Assembly: GCA_009922705.1 (NCBI GenBank)
Contig: RFUY01000001.1
Coordinates: forward strand, 1-49,409
Direction of reading: 5' to 3'
Length of the DNA: 49,409 bases
DNA from: Gammaproteobacteria bacterium
Lineage (GTDB): Bacteria; Pseudomonadota; Gammaproteobacteria; Pseudomonadales; Litorivicinaceae
Below the pieces are notes generated by a model. The model did not search any database, had not been told where the DNA came from, and saw only the letters and a list, made by a program, of their open reading frames with translations. Position numbers and translations under genes: made by a program. This document shows positions 1-10,457 of this stretch, in pieces (position 1 is the stretch's first letter; each line of letters starts with the position of its first letter).

Positions 1-478
1 TGCGTGGCAATCGGAGGCCGTCGGGCAGTGTGCCGAGATAGGCAAAACCCAGCGCAAACCCGACAGCGAGCACACGGTATTCCACGCTGCAGTGCAACGC
101 GATGACAGCCTCAATGCTAAGTCCGGTCTGCACGGCGACCTGCTCAAGATCCGGTGCGACGCGCGCGTCATAGCAGACCGGGATCTCAAGGGCCGGGTCG
201 GTATTGCTGTTCAGGCTATCGACTGGAGCGGCGAGCGCCTCGGCTAATGCGTGCTCGAGCGCTGCGGAGTGAATCAGATTCGGGCGATAGTGAACAAGTA
301 GCTTGCCGAACCCGGGGGTGAGATCCCAAAGCCAAGCGGGTTGGGTCCGTTGCAGGTTCTCGACCAAGCTGGCCAACATGGCCGCTGTCGCTGGCGTCAG
401 TGGGTCATCGAAAGAGAGCAACAGGGTGTCTTCAGAGAGCCATTCCAACTGTCGCCAAGGCTTCGATGCCTGCGTCAT
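1..478 (-). CDS. pxpB: 5-oxoprolinase subunit PxpB / allophanate hydrolase subunit 1 family (3' end runs off the window)
   Basis: Manual translation of the minus strand gives MTQASKPWRQLEWLSEDTLLLSF...DLTPGFGKLLVHY...LEIPVCYDARVAPDLEQVA...HCSVEYRVLAVGFALGFAYLG...LRLPR, typical of the family. ATG overlaps the SDR stop (ATGA). Not in the ORF track. Confidence 0.85.
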   Translation of the reverse strand, partial: MTQASKPWRQLEWLSEDTLLLSFDDPLTPATAAMLASLVENLQRTQPAWLWDLTPGFGKLLVHYRPNLIHSAALEHALAEALAAPVDSLNSNTDPALEIPVCYDARVAPDLEQVAVQTGLSIEAVIALHCSVEYRVLAVGFALGFAYLGTLPDGLRLPR

Positions 479-1227
479 TGCGCGGTCCATCCCCCATCGA
501 CTCGCAGACTCGATCCGGTGATGAGCTGTCCCGCGCTCGAGGTCAATAAAAGACAGGCGCCAAGATAGTCTGAGGGCTCACCAAGACGCCCCATCGGAAT
601 CCGTTGAATCACAGAGGCCCGAAATGCTGGATCCGAGAGCGCTTCCGCCGTCATTTCTGTGCGTGTAAATGTGGGGCAGATCGTATTGACCCGAATCCTC
701 TGTGGCGCTAATTCGATTGCAAGCGCTCGAGACAACCCTTCAAGCGCTGATTTACTCCCGCAGTACAGTGCCCGCTGTGGAGCCCCGACATGTGCCAGCT
801 GCGATGAAATGAAGACAATGGATCCACCCCGTTCCTTGACAATCCAGCGATCAGTGATCGCTTGCGTCAAAAATAGGGGTGCCTCGACGTTCAGCGCCAT
901 GACCTCGGCATAGTGTTCGCGCGTCATGTCTGTGAGCGGTCGATGTCGAGCAACACCCGCCGCATGAATCACAGCATCGATGTCAGGTAGAGACTGAACC
1001 AGTGCAGTCGGATTGCAGCATGTCAGATCAACTTCGATGGCGCGCGCGGCGCCACCCTCTGCCTTGATCGTATTCACCAGTGATGAGAGCGCCTCTGAAG
1101 GCCTTGCGAGGCAAAGAACGTCAGCTCCGGCTTGCGCATAGCCAAGCGCTAAACCACGACCGATGCCTCGAGATGCACCGGTAATGAGGACAGTTTGGCC
1201 TTGCACGGACAGCGACGTGTGCATCAT
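475..1227 (-). CDS. SDR family NAD(P)-dependent oxidoreductase
   Basis: TGASRGIG Rossmann motif, YCGSK catalytic motif, C-terminal ITGSSLRVDGG; GGAGAG SD upstream. Confidence 0.92.
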   Translation of the reverse strand: MMHTSLSVQGQTVLITGASRGIGRGLALGYAQAGADVLCLARPSEALSSLVNTIKAEGGAARAIEVDLTCCNPTALVQSLPDIDAVIHAAGVARHRPLTDMTREHYAEVMALNVEAPLFLTQAITDRWIVKERGGSIVFISSQLAHVGAPQRALYCGSKSALEGLSRALAIELAPQRIRVNTICPTFTRTEMTAEALSDPAFRASVIQRIPMGRLGEPSDYLGACLLLTSSAGQLITGSSLRVDGGWTAQ

Positions 1228-1307
1228 GGACTCTCCAGAGCGACGGTGATGACACTGCTTTATGACGGGATGCTGTGCAACTGTCTAGTCCTGTCATCAA
1301 GACGGAG

Positions 1308-1366
1308 CGGTCAATCATGGTGCGACAATTGCACCAGATCGGAGAATCGCGCACTCCTTTGGTGCG
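1308..1366 (+). promoter_or_regulatory. Putative NtrC enhancer sites upstream of the urease operon
   Basis: CGCACTCCTTTGGTGCG (1350-1366) fits TGCAC-N7-GTGCA. Half-matching 17-mers at 1330-1346 (TGCACCAGATCGGAGAA) and 1308-1324 (CGGTCAATCATGGTGCG). Confidence 0.65.
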
Positions 1367-1417
1367 AGCCAGGCCGCACTGATGTGCCGAGACCGCACCT
1401 GGCGGGAGATCGTAACT

Positions 1418-1433
1418 TGGCATACTTCTGGCA
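1418..1433 (+). promoter_or_regulatory. sigma54 (-24/-12) promoter of ureD
   Basis: TGGCATACTTCTGGCA has exact GG-N10-GC spacing, lies downstream of the NtrC-like sites and directly precedes ureD. Confidence 0.7.
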
Positions 1434-1445
1434 AAGACGACGGTG

Positions 1446-2354
1446 ATGAGACAAGAAGCGATTGCGTGTGATGCGAAGTGGGCCTGTGCTGTGGAGAGGT
1501 CTTCAGCGCCGTTGCCTGAGGCACTCTCCGCCGAGTGGCCTGCGGAATTGCGGGCCCGTTTCCAGCGAGACCGGCACGGTGTGACGCAACTCGTGAGGGT
1601 CAGTCATCGCGGCCCTCTGCGGGTGCAGCGTCTGTTTCAGACGCCACAGTGGGCGGAATGCTATCTCTTGCATCCGCCAGGCGGGTTGGTGACCGGTGAT
1701 TCTTTGTCGATAGCGATGCATTGTGCTGAGCGGGCACAGGTGCTGGTGACGACGCCCGCTGCAGGGAAAGTGTACGGGGCTCGGCAGACAGCCGGTTGGC
1801 AGCGTACCCAGGTGAATTGTGTGCTCGAAGAGGCAACAGGGCTTGCTTGGTTGCCACAAGACACGATCTGTTTTGATCGCGCACGGGGCCATCAGAGTAT
1901 CGAGGTGACCGTTGCGCCGTCGGCTTGGCATGTTGGTTGGGAGCAGATTACGTTTGGTCGACGGGCGTCTGATGCGCCTTTTCAGAGTGGTCAGTTGCGG
2001 CAATCCTTGTGTATTCGGCGTGGGGATCAGACGATCTATCGAGATCAAATGTGCCTGACGCCTGAGGTGCTGTCTTCACCAGTTGGCTTGGCGGGACATA
2101 CCGTGATGGCGTTGGTCTGGTACGTCTGCCCGGTTGGGCAGACGGTGACCGAAGCCCTCGATCTTGCGCGTGACCTCGGCGAGACCGCTGGAGTAGACAG
2201 TGGCGCGACATCGGTCACTCCCGAACTTGGTCTGGTGCGGGTGTTGGGCGATGACGCCGCACAGGTCCGCCGCTATCTCGAATCCATATGGGCTGCTTGG
2301 ACCCCGCTGTGCGTGGGACAAACGGTACAACCACCGCGTATTTGGAGGACATAA
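1446..2354 (+). CDS. ureD: Urease accessory protein UreD
   Basis: [37 protein letters not shown] and terminal PRIWRT; first gene of the ure operon. Start is GTG 1443 or ATG 1446. Confidence 0.93.
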   Translation: MRQEAIACDAKWACAVERSSAPLPEALSAEWPAELRARFQRDRHGVTQLVRVSHRGPLRVQRLFQTPQWAECYLLHPPGGLVTGDSLSIAMHCAERAQVLVTTPAAGKVYGARQTAGWQRTQVNCVLEEATGLAWLPQDTICFDRARGHQSIEVTVAPSAWHVGWEQITFGRRASDAPFQSGQLRQSLCIRRGDQTIYRDQMCLTPEVLSSPVGLAGHTVMALVWYVCPVGQTVTEALDLARDLGETAGVDSGATSVTPELGLVRVLGDDAAQVRRYLESIWAAWTPLCVGQTVQPPRIWRT

Positions 2355-2358
2355 CACG

Positions 2359-2673
2359 ATGGAATTGACACCCCGTGAGAAAGACAAATTACTGTTGTAC
2401 ACCGCCGGTCTCGTCGCTGAGCGCCGCTTGGCACGTGGGCTAAAACTGAACTATCCAGAAGCGGTTGCGTTAATCAGTCTAGAAATTTTGGAAGGTGCGC
2501 GGGATGGGCTGTCGGTGGCCGAACTGATGGCAAAAGGGCGGACCGTCCTGACCGTTGACCAAGTGATGGAAGGCATTGCTGTGATGGTTGATGAGGTGCA
2601 GGTTGAGGCGACCTTTCCAGACGGCACCAAACTTGTCACGGTGCATCACCCAATACAGGAGGCGCTGGCATGA
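2359..2673 (+). CDS. ureA: Urease subunit gamma
   Basis: [12 protein letters not shown]...LNYPEA...[18 protein letters not shown]; GGAGG SD upstream of ATG 2359. Confidence 0.98.
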   Translation: MELTPREKDKLLLYTAGLVAERRLARGLKLNYPEAVALISLEILEGARDGLSVAELMAKGRTVLTVDQVMEGIAVMVDEVQVEATFPDGTKLVTVHHPIQEALA

Positions 2674-2990
2674 TTCCAGGTGAGATTCAAACAGCACAGG
2701 GCGAGATTGCCTTGAATGTCGATCGGCAGACCTGTCGCGTCTCGGTTGCAAACACGGGCGACCGTCCAATCCAAGTGGGGTCACATTTTCATTTTTTTGA
2801 AACCAACTCAGCTCTGACTTTCGATCGCGCAGTGGCGCGCGGGTGTCGGCTCAATATTCCTGCAGGGACAGCCATTCGGTTCGAACCTGGGCAGACCAGA
2901 GAGGTGGAGTTAGTTGCGTTGGCCGGGGATCGCGTGGTGATTGGGTTTCAGGGGCGCATCATGGGCTCGCTTGAGGAGGAATCGGTATGA
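2670..2990 (+). CDS. ureB: Urease subunit beta
   Basis: MIPGE...[17 protein letters not shown]...GTAIRFEPG. Confidence 0.98.
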   Translation: MIPGEIQTAQGEIALNVDRQTCRVSVANTGDRPIQVGSHFHFFETNSALTFDRAVARGCRLNIPAGTAIRFEPGQTREVELVALAGDRVVIGFQGRIMGSLEEESV

Positions 2991-4687
2991 TCATTTCACG
3001 TCAAGCGTATGCCGAGTTATATGGCCCAACCGTTGGGGATCGCGTTCGACTCGGTGATACCGCCCTGTGGATCAGTCCAGAACGAGATTTCGCGATTCCT
3101 GGAGAGGAGGTCAGTTTTGGCGGCGGTAAAGTGATTCGTGATGGCATGGGTCAATCGCAACGGGCGTGCGCTGAAGCCATGGACCTAGTGATTACCAATG
3201 CCTTGATTTTGGATTACTGGGGCATTGTGAAAGCCGATGTTGGTGTGAAGGATGGCCGTATCGCCGGGATTGGCAAAGCAGGGAACCCGGATATCCAACC
3301 CGGCGTGACCTTGATCATTGGTCCTGGTACAGAAGTGATTGCCGGTGAGGGAAAAATCCTGACCCCGGGTGGTGTGGATGCGCATATCCACTTTATCTGC
3401 CCGCAGCAAATTGAGGAGGCCTTAGCCTCGGGGATTACCACCATGCTAGGCGGTGGGACAGGGCCTGCGACTGGAACCAATGCGACCACCTGTACGCCTG
3501 GGCCACATCATCTTGAGTTAATGATGGCCGCAACCGAAGGGCAGCCGATGAACCTGGGATTCCTCGGAAAAGGGAACGCGAGTGCGACGGGGCCGCTGGA
3601 GGAGCAGATTGCGGCAGGGGCCTGTGGTCTTAAGTTGCATGAAGATTGGGGAACGACCCCTCAGGCCATCGACACCTGTTTGTCAGTCGCGGATAAATGT
3701 GATGTGCAGGTGGCCATTCACACGGACACCTTGAACGAAGGTGGCTTTGTTGAGGATACCTTGGCGGCCATTGGTGGTCGGACGATTCATACCTACCATA
3801 CCGAAGGCGCCGGTGGCGGGCACGCGCCAGATATCATCAAGGCCGCGGGGCTGAGTAATGTCTTGCCGTCATCAACCAACCCAACACGTCCGTATACGGT
3901 GAATACCGTGGATGAACACTTAGATATGTTGATGGTCTGCCATCACTTGTCACCCGCGATTCCTGAGGATGTGGCCTTCGCAGATTCGCGAATTCGGAAG
4001 GAAACCATCGCTGCCGAGGATATTCTGCATGACTGGGGGGTCTTCAGTATGATCGCGTCAGACTCTCAAGCCATGGGTCGTGTTGGCGAGGTCATCACGC
4101 GGACTTGGCAGACTGCACACAAGATGAAAATGCAGTTTGGCGCACTTCCCGAGGATCCTGATTGGCATGACAACTTCCGAGCACGCCGCTATATCGCCAA
4201 ATATGCGATGAATCCTGCAGTGACCCATGGCATTGCACATGAAGTGGGCTCAATTGAGGTGGGGAAGCTGGCGGATCTTGTGCTCTGGAAGCCCGCTTTT
4301 TTTGGGACAAAGCCTGCGTTGGTGATCAAGAGCGGATTGATTGTGATGGCACCGATGGGGGATGCCAATGCCTCGATTCCGACCCCGCAGCCTGTGCATT
4401 ATCGCCCCATGTTTGGGGCGCTTGGGGCTGCTGCCGATCGCCTAGCGGTGACCTTTGTTTCCGCACTGTCCTTAGAGCAGGGGAACCCTTGGATGGCTGA
4501 GACTCGGCGACGTTTGGTGGCTGTGAAGAACACGCGAACTGTGCAAAAGCGCGACATGGTCTTAAACACGCGCCAACCGGTGATCGAGGTGGATCCGCAA
4601 ACCTATGCAGTGCGCGCAGACGGCGAATTGCTCTATTGCGAACCGGCACATGAGCTGCCGTTAGCACAACGGTATTTCTTGTTTTGA
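2987..4687 (+). CDS. ureC: Urease subunit alpha
   Basis: [54 protein letters not shown] and terminal LAQRYFLF; 566 aa. Confidence 0.99.
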   Translation: MIISRQAYAELYGPTVGDRVRLGDTALWISPERDFAIPGEEVSFGGGKVIRDGMGQSQRACAEAMDLVITNALILDYWGIVKADVGVKDGRIAGIGKAGNPDIQPGVTLIIGPGTEVIAGEGKILTPGGVDAHIHFICPQQIEEALASGITTMLGGGTGPATGTNATTCTPGPHHLELMMAATEGQPMNLGFLGKGNASATGPLEEQIAAGACGLKLHEDWGTTPQAIDTCLSVADKCDVQVAIHTDTLNEGGFVEDTLAAIGGRTIHTYHTEGAGGGHAPDIIKAAGLSNVLPSSTNPTRPYTVNTVDEHLDMLMVCHHLSPAIPEDVAFADSRIRKETIAAEDILHDWGVFSMIASDSQAMGRVGEVITRTWQTAHKMKMQFGALPEDPDWHDNFRARRYIAKYAMNPAVTHGIAHEVGSIEVGKLADLVLWKPAFFGTKPALVIKSGLIVMAPMGDANASIPTPQPVHYRPMFGALGAAADRLAVTFVSALSLEQGNPWMAETRRRLVAVKNTRTVQKRDMVLNTRQPVIEVDPQTYAVRADGELLYCEPAHELPLAQRYFLF

Positions 4688-4690
4688 CCG

Positions 4691-5137
4691 ATGCAGTGCT
4701 TTGATCAAGTCTACACAGCAGTTCCAGCCACGGAGGAGCAGGTGCTGCTTCCGTATGCCCTTCGGCAACGGAGCCGTGTCTGTATTGACCGACCCGATGG
4801 ATCGTCTTTTGGCCTCGTGGTTCCACGTGGGCAGACCTTGCGTGCCGGTCTGGCGCTCGCCGATGCCGCTGGGCAGGTGATACGGATTGTGGCCGCCCCA
4901 GAGCGGTTAACAGCGGTCACAGGACTTGACTCTGCGGGCTTTGCACGGGTGTGTTACCACCTTGGGAACAGACACACACAACTCGAGATTGGTGACCAGA
5001 TGCTCTGGTTTTTACCGGATCATGTGTTAGAGCAACTGTGCCTCTCTTGGGGCGGGCAGGTCTCGTCTGTGGAGCGTCCGTTTTCCCCGGAAGTCGGGGC
5101 GTATGCCAACGGTCCGCACGGCCACGCGCATGACTGA
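4691..5137 (+). CDS. ureE: Urease accessory protein UreE (Ni chaperone)
   Basis: YHLGNRH motif, F.PE.GAY and a short His tail HGHAHD. Confidence 0.95.
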   Translation: MQCFDQVYTAVPATEEQVLLPYALRQRSRVCIDRPDGSSFGLVVPRGQTLRAGLALADAAGQVIRIVAAPERLTAVTGLDSAGFARVCYHLGNRHTQLEIGDQMLWFLPDHVLEQLCLSWGGQVSSVERPFSPEVGAYANGPHGHAHD

Positions 5138-5789
5138 GGCAAGCGAACTCAATGCAGTGGTCAACAGTCTCCAACTGTTTTCAGCGCAATTGCCGATTGG
5201 TGCCTTTGCGTTTAGTCAAGGGCTCGAGGCCGCCATTGACGCTGGTCAGGTGACGGATGCGGAGAGTCTTCGTGCGTGGTGTCTTGGCATGCTGCGCTAT
5301 GGGTTGGGGACACTGGACTGCGTTGCGTTACGCCAGTTGATGCGAAGCTCGACCGAGGCGCATTGGCTTGAATTGAATGCGCGATTGCTTACGTCTCGCG
5401 AAACCCGAGAGTTGCGACAGGAGGACCTGCTACTAGGTCAGGCCCTCACGCGTTGGGCTGAAGGTCTTGGCCTTCCATTGATTGCCGCGGGTTCGGTGTC
5501 TGCGGTGAGTCGCTACGCGGAGATTGCTCGCCACTGGGGAATCCCGGAGTCTGTGGCGGTTCTTGGATTTGGTTGGTCCTGGTTAGAGAATCAGATGAGT
5601 GTTGCGGCCAAATCGGTCCCCCTCGGACAACGCGCATTAAGTCAGGTGTTGACCGCCTTGAAACCGGCACTCGTCGAGTTGGCAGGCCGATCCGTGCAGA
5701 CGGAGGACCCTTGGACAAACAGTGCTTTTATGCAGAGTCTGCGCAGTGCACAGCATGAAACCCAGTATTCCAGATTATTTCGGTCATAG
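5130..5789 (+). CDS. ureF: Urease accessory protein UreF
   Basis: [20 protein letters not shown] and terminal [11 protein letters not shown]. Start chosen at ATG 5130, overlapping the ureE end. Confidence 0.95.
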   Translation: MTEASELNAVVNSLQLFSAQLPIGAFAFSQGLEAAIDAGQVTDAESLRAWCLGMLRYGLGTLDCVALRQLMRSSTEAHWLELNARLLTSRETRELRQEDLLLGQALTRWAEGLGLPLIAAGSVSAVSRYAEIARHWGIPESVAVLGFGWSWLENQMSVAAKSVPLGQRALSQVLTALKPALVELAGRSVQTEDPWTNSAFMQSLRSAQHETQYSRLFRS

Positions 5790-5797
5790 GAGCTGTT

Positions 5798-6415
5798 ATG
5801 GATGCATTACGTGTTGGGATTGGAGGCCCTGTTGGGTCGGGAAAAACGGCGCTGACACTGAAGCTCTGTGAAGCGCTGCGTTCACGCTACAACATGGCGG
5901 TTGTCACCAATGATATCTATACCCGTGAGGATGCAGATTTTCTCACGCGTCATGCTGCGTTGCCGTCGGATCGCATCGCGGGGGTAGAGACCGGGGGCTG
6001 TCCCCATACCGCGATTCGTGAAGATGCCTCCATGAATCTGCAGGCGATTGATCAGTTGGTTGCGACCCATGAAGGGCTCGAGTTAGTCCTCGTCGAGTCA
6101 GGCGGCGACAACCTAAGCGCGACCTTTAGCCCAGAGTTGTCGGATCTAACCCTTTATGTGATCGATGTGGGAGCGGGGGATAAGATTCCGCGAAAGGGCG
6201 GTCCGGGAATCACGAAAAGCGACCTCTTGGTGATCAATAAGATTGATATCGCACCGCTTGTCGGTGCATCGCTTGAAGTGATGGATCGAGATGCGCGTCG
6301 AATGCGTGGCGACGCCCCTGTGGTGTTCTCAAACATGAAAACTGGCGAGGGGCTCGACACCATTATTCGCTTTATTGTCGACCGTGGACTGCTCGACGCG
6401 TCTCGCCTTCGCTAG
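5798..6415 (+). CDS. ureG: Urease accessory GTPase UreG
   Basis: [10 protein letters not shown]-loop, ETGGCPH, ESGGDNL and NKID. Confidence 0.98.
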   Translation: MDALRVGIGGPVGSGKTALTLKLCEALRSRYNMAVVTNDIYTREDADFLTRHAALPSDRIAGVETGGCPHTAIREDASMNLQAIDQLVATHEGLELVLVESGGDNLSATFSPELSDLTLYVIDVGAGDKIPRKGGPGITKSDLLVINKIDIAPLVGASLEVMDRDARRMRGDAPVVFSNMKTGEGLDTIIRFIVDRGLLDASRLR

Positions 6416-6759
6416 CTACCCCGGTAGGTGGAATAGCCGTAGGGGCTTAACAACAAGGGCACATGGTAATGCCCATCGACGGTGATGCCGAACTCAATCG
6501 GAATACTGTCGAGAAATGGGAAGTCGGGAAGCGCTTCGCCATGCTGTCGAAGATAGGCGCCTGCTTCAAACCGAATCCGGTACTGGCCAGGAATCGCCTG
6601 CTCGTGCGGTAACAGGCCTCCTGCGACACGACCATCGGCATTCGTTGTAAAGACTCCGAGCTGTTGTGGCTGCGGGGCAAGCCGCTCGAGGGTGAGGCAC
6701 AAGTTCGCGGCGGGAGTGCCGCGCGCAGTGTCAAGAACGTGAGTGGATAAGGTGATCAT
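6412..6759 (-). CDS. uraH: 5-hydroxyisourate hydrolase (transthyretin-like)
   Basis: [13 protein letters not shown] and [19 protein letters not shown] signature. Confidence 0.97.
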   Translation of the reverse strand: MITLSTHVLDTARGTPAANLCLTLERLAPQPQQLGVFTTNADGRVAGGLLPHEQAIPGQYRIRFEAGAYLRQHGEALPDFPFLDSIPIEFGITVDGHYHVPLLLSPYGYSTYRGS

Positions 6760-7694
6760 TCCAGCACTCCATACTGTTTATAGTGAATCACGCGTTGCGT
6801 AATCGGATGCGCTTGCAAGCGCGCTTCGAGGTAATCGAGGAGCAGGTCCACCTTCAAGGTACGGCTCTTGCGCTCCGGGGTCAGTGCATGCACGTAAAGC
6901 CCTGTCAGTTCGAAGGGCGTCAGGACGGGTACCAGTTGCCGGGCGGTGATTGCATGATTCAGTGTCCACAAGCTTTGCTGTACAACACCCAAGTGGGCAC
7001 TGGCCCAGGCCGTTAAGATCTCGCTCGACGAGCTGTCGAGGTCGCCATGCACATTTTTGTAGGTGACCCGGCCATCGATTAAAAATTGCCAGTGAAACCG
7101 TGTTGATCCGTGGAAGCGCAGTAGCAGACATTGATGGCTCTTTAACGCATCAGGGTGGGTCAGTGGGGGATGGTGCGCCAAGTAGTCCGGGCTCGCCGCG
7201 GTGATCCGATGATCTGGCACCAACCGCCGCATCACCCATGAGGAGTCAGGCAGCACCCCCTGGCGGATGGCGAGATCGATGTGGTCATCGACAAGGTTCA
7301 CGACTCGATCTGTGACATCCAGGCGGCACTCGACATGTGGATAGGCGGCCTTGAACTCGGCCAGTAACGGCGCAATCACCCGCCGCCCTAGGGCATAGGG
7401 AGCACTGATCTTTATGATCCCCTGAGGTTTATCCTTCATGTACTCGAGGTGGGCTTCAGTTTCTTTAAGACGCTCGGTCACCTCTCGGCAGGTGGTGTAA
7501 TACAGCGCACCCGCTTCCGTGACACCCACCGAGCGCGTGGTGCGATTGAGTAAACGAACACCGAGTTTGTCTTCGAGCTTCTGAATGCGCGCACTGACGA
7601 CTGCTGTGGAGATGCGGAGGTCTCGGCCTGCTTCAGAGAAACTCTCCAGCTCAACGACGCGGCAGAAGATGTCGATATCGCTGACCGCATGCAT
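6756..7694 (-). CDS. LysR-family transcriptional regulator (purine/urate catabolism by context)
   Basis: N-terminal HTH (SFSEAGRDL...VSARIQKLEDKLGVRLLNRTTR) plus a substrate-binding domain; lies between puuD and uraH. Confidence 0.93.
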   Translation of the reverse strand: MHAVSDIDIFCRVVELESFSEAGRDLRISTAVVSARIQKLEDKLGVRLLNRTTRSVGVTEAGALYYTTCREVTERLKETEAHLEYMKDKPQGIIKISAPYALGRRVIAPLLAEFKAAYPHVECRLDVTDRVVNLVDDHIDLAIRQGVLPDSSWVMRRLVPDHRITAASPDYLAHHPPLTHPDALKSHQCLLLRFHGSTRFHWQFLIDGRVTYKNVHGDLDSSSSEILTAWASAHLGVVQQSLWTLNHAITARQLVPVLTPFELTGLYVHALTPERKSRTLKVDLLLDYLEARLQAHPITQRVIHYKQYGVLE

Positions 7695-7697
7695 GCG

Positions 7698-8882
7698 TTA
7701 CTGAGCCTGAATCCAGGCGCCCAAACGCGCGCGTTCTGCCTGCGTCATTTGTGTCATGTTCCCAAGCGGCATGGCTTGGCTGGCGACACTTTGGCTGTAG
7801 ATTTGTGCCCGATACCGGTCGATCTCCTCGAGGGTTTCCAGGATCACCCCTTTGGGTGCAGTGGTGAATCCGAGTTGCGTTGGCTGAGCGGCATGGCACC
7901 CTGCGCAGTGTGTTGTGACCAGCTGTAATGCCTCGGCGTCTGTGACTACCGTGTCAGCAGTGGCATTGGTGAGACTGGGTGGCATTGCCCAAACCGCAAG
8001 GAGGATTGTCAAGACGCTAGCCGCAGGCCATTGCCAACGAATCCGCCAGCCATGTCCACCCGCATGTGAGGCGTTGAAATAGTCACGGACGATTCCGCCA
8101 ATCAGCACTACGAGGGCGACTAAGATCCAGAGCTGTTCGCCAACGAATGTCATCGGGTAGTGATTGGAGAGCATCATGAATAGCACTGGAAGCGTGAGGT
8201 AGTTGTTGTGCGTCGAGCGCTGTTTCGCTTGCTGTCCCAGAGCAGGATCGGGTGCTTCCCCAGCTTCTAAACTGCGGACAACCTTTTTTTGATTCGGGAT
8301 GATGATGAAAAACACATTCGCGGTCATCCAGGTGGCCACCATGGCACCGACATGCAATAACGCCGCGCGACTGCTAAATGCTTGGCTGAACAGCCAACTG
8401 GCGAGCAGAATCAAGACAAAGACGGTGATTGCAAGGGTCGGCAGATGTCGCCCCACCGGGCTTCGACACAGTCCATCATAGACAAGCCAGCCCAAGATAA
8501 GACCGAGCAGCGATAACCCAATCGCCTGCAGAGGACTCCAGACAGCAACGCCATGATCAATCAAATAGGCTGAGGCACCCCAGTAGTAGGTGACAACTAA
8601 TAGGCTAAAGCCGCTGATCCAGGTGACGTAGCTTTCGTATTTGAACCAATGCAACTCTGGCGGCATTTGCGCTGGGGCCACGAGATACTTTTGGACGTGG
8701 TAGAAACCACCCCCATGCACAGACCAAGATTCTCCGTGCACACCTTCGGTCAAGCCCTCACGTTTCCGCAGGGATAGGTCGAGCCACACAAAATAAAATG
8801 AGCTCCCAATCCATGCGATGGCAGTGATTACATGTAGCCACCGTAGCAGTAAGCTTGCCCAGTCCATCCAATAGTCGGCCAT
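7698..8882 (-). CDS. puuD: Membrane urate hydroxylase PuuD with C-terminal cytochrome c domain
   Basis: RWLHVITAIAWIGSSFYF, VHGGGFY, LHWFKYESY, RSTHNNYLTLPV, SNHYP; heme motif CAGCH and MPLGN; purine-cluster context. Confidence 0.93.
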   Translation of the reverse strand: MADYWMDWASLLLRWLHVITAIAWIGSSFYFVWLDLSLRKREGLTEGVHGESWSVHGGGFYHVQKYLVAPAQMPPELHWFKYESYVTWISGFSLLVVTYYWGASAYLIDHGVAVWSPLQAIGLSLLGLILGWLVYDGLCRSPVGRHLPTLAITVFVLILLASWLFSQAFSSRAALLHVGAMVATWMTANVFFIIIPNQKKVVRSLEAGEAPDPALGQQAKQRSTHNNYLTLPVLFMMLSNHYPMTFVGEQLWILVALVVLIGGIVRDYFNASHAGGHGWRIRWQWPAASVLTILLAVWAMPPSLTNATADTVVTDAEALQLVTTHCAGCHAAQPTQLGFTTAPKGVILETLEEIDRYRAQIYSQSVASQAMPLGNMTQMTQAERARLGAWIQAQ

Positions 8883-8961
8883 GCCCTAATCCTCGTGCGA
8901 TTGTCCGTCGGCCAGTCTACTCAGTGTGTCGATCTGGATTAGTCCGAATTGAACATTGGAT

Positions 8962-8980
8962 TATCAACTAAAAATTGATA
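8962..8980. promoter_or_regulatory. Putative LysR operator in the puuD/puuE divergent promoter
   Basis: Perfect inverted repeat TATCAA-ctaaaaa-TTGATA in an AT-rich spacer near the LysR gene. Confidence 0.55.
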
Positions 8981-9036
8981 GTGGTCAGGGTGTTTTATTG
9001 GATAATCCATTTTGTTTTGTTTGATAAGGCGTCACT

Positions 9037-9957
9037 TTGGCACACTATCCGCGCGATCTCATCGGTTATGCCGATCAACTGCCACAATTGACCTGGCCTG
9101 GACAGGCTCGGGTCGCAGTGCAGTTTGTGTTGAATTATGAAGAGGGTGCCGAGAACACCATCTTGCATGGGGATCCTGCGAGTGAGGTGTTTCTGTCAGA
9201 GATCATCGGTGCGGCGCCCTTTGTCGGACGCAGGCACCTGTCGATGGAATCAATCTACGAATATGGGAGCCGGGCCGGGGTGTGGCGCATCCTGTCGCTA
9301 TTCCGATCGCGTGGTGTCCCCTTAACGGTATTTGGTGTGGCCATGGCGATGGCGCGTCATCCAGCGGTGGTTGAGCAAATGCTCAAAGATGGACACGAAA
9401 TCGCAAGCCACGGCTACCGCTGGATCAACTACGACGGGTTCAGCCGTGAGGACGAGCGGGCGCATATGGAACAGGCCATCGAGATTCATGCGCAGCTCAC
9501 CGGCGCTAAACCGGCGGGGTGGTATACCGGCCGGACCAGTGAACACACCAGAGCTCTGGTCAATCAGTTTGAACATTTTGAATACGATGCCGATGATTAC
9601 TCGGATGATCTGCCGTTTTGGAGTCGACTGGAGACACGGCGGCCGCATTTGGTGGTGCCGTACACCTTGGATACAAACGATATGCGGTTTGCGACCGCGC
9701 AGGGATTCCATACCGCGGAACAATTTGAAACCTATTTGCGCGATGCCTTTGACGTGCTGTATGCCGAAGGTGAGACCGCTCCAAAAATGATGTCTGTCGG
9801 CTTGCACTGTCGGTTGATTGGGCGACCTGCACGCTTTGCTGGATTGCAGCGTTTCCTCGATTATGTGTTGGCGCATGATCGCGTCTGGGTGTGTCGTCGC
9901 ATTGATTTGGCGCGGCACTTTGCCGCGCAAGTACCTGCTCCCGGGAGTGCCTCATGA
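9037..9957 (+). CDS. puuE: Allantoinase PuuE (polysaccharide deacetylase fold)
   Basis: YPRDLIGY, QFVLNYEEGAE, ESIYEYGSRAG, GWYTGR, PYTLDTNDMRF, GLHCRL.GRP; TTG start. Confidence 0.96.
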   Translation: MAHYPRDLIGYADQLPQLTWPGQARVAVQFVLNYEEGAENTILHGDPASEVFLSEIIGAAPFVGRRHLSMESIYEYGSRAGVWRILSLFRSRGVPLTVFGVAMAMARHPAVVEQMLKDGHEIASHGYRWINYDGFSREDERAHMEQAIEIHAQLTGAKPAGWYTGRTSEHTRALVNQFEHFEYDADDYSDDLPFWSRLETRRPHLVVPYTLDTNDMRFATAQGFHTAEQFETYLRDAFDVLYAEGETAPKMMSVGLHCRLIGRPARFAGLQRFLDYVLAHDRVWVCRRIDLARHFAAQVPAPGSAS

Positions 9958-10457
9958 CACCGTATCCCACCAAGCTGGATCGTGACGCCTTTGTTGCGCG
10001 TTTCGGGGCCATTTATGAGCATTCGGCTTGGGTCGCAGAGGCGGTTTTCGACACCACAGAGGTGGGTGTGTCTGCTGAGGGTCTGGCAGAGACAATGCAA
10101 GCGGTTGTGGATGCGGCATCCACTGACGTGCAGCTGGAATTACTGCGAGCGCACCCAGATCTCGCTGGGCGCTTGGCACTAGCTGCATTGACTGCGCATT
10201 CGCAAGCAGAGCAGAAGGGCGCGGGACTTGATCAGTGCACGGCTGATGAGCTGGCAGAGTTTCAAGCGTTAAATGCACGGTATTTAGAGCGCTTCGGATT
10301 CCCCTTTATTTTTGCCGTCCGAGGGTATCACCGGACCGATATTTTGCAGGCGTTTCGGCAGCGGGTTGAGCACGACCGGGAAACGGAATTTCAAACGGCG
10401 CTGCACCAAGTGCATCGCATTGCACGGTTACGATTGGAGGCGTTAGCACATGCATGA
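9954..10457 (+). CDS. uraD: OHCU decarboxylase
   Basis: YEHSAW, AHPDLAG, S..EQ..AGL, Y..RFGFPFI.AV, IA.LRL. Confidence 0.96.
   Translation: MTPYPTKLDRDAFVARFGAIYEHSAWVAEAVFDTTEVGVSAEGLAETMQAVVDAASTDVQLELLRAHPDLAGRLALAALTAHSQAEQKGAGLDQCTADELAEFQALNARYLERFGFPFIFAVRGYHRTDILQAFRQRVEHDRETEFQTALHQVHRIARLRLEALAHA

Noticed and set aside
9038-9052. sigma54-like TGGCAC-N7-GC at the puuE start
   Set aside because: It lies inside the conserved coding start (MAHYPR), and the -12 element is CCGC; transcription from it would omit the start codon.
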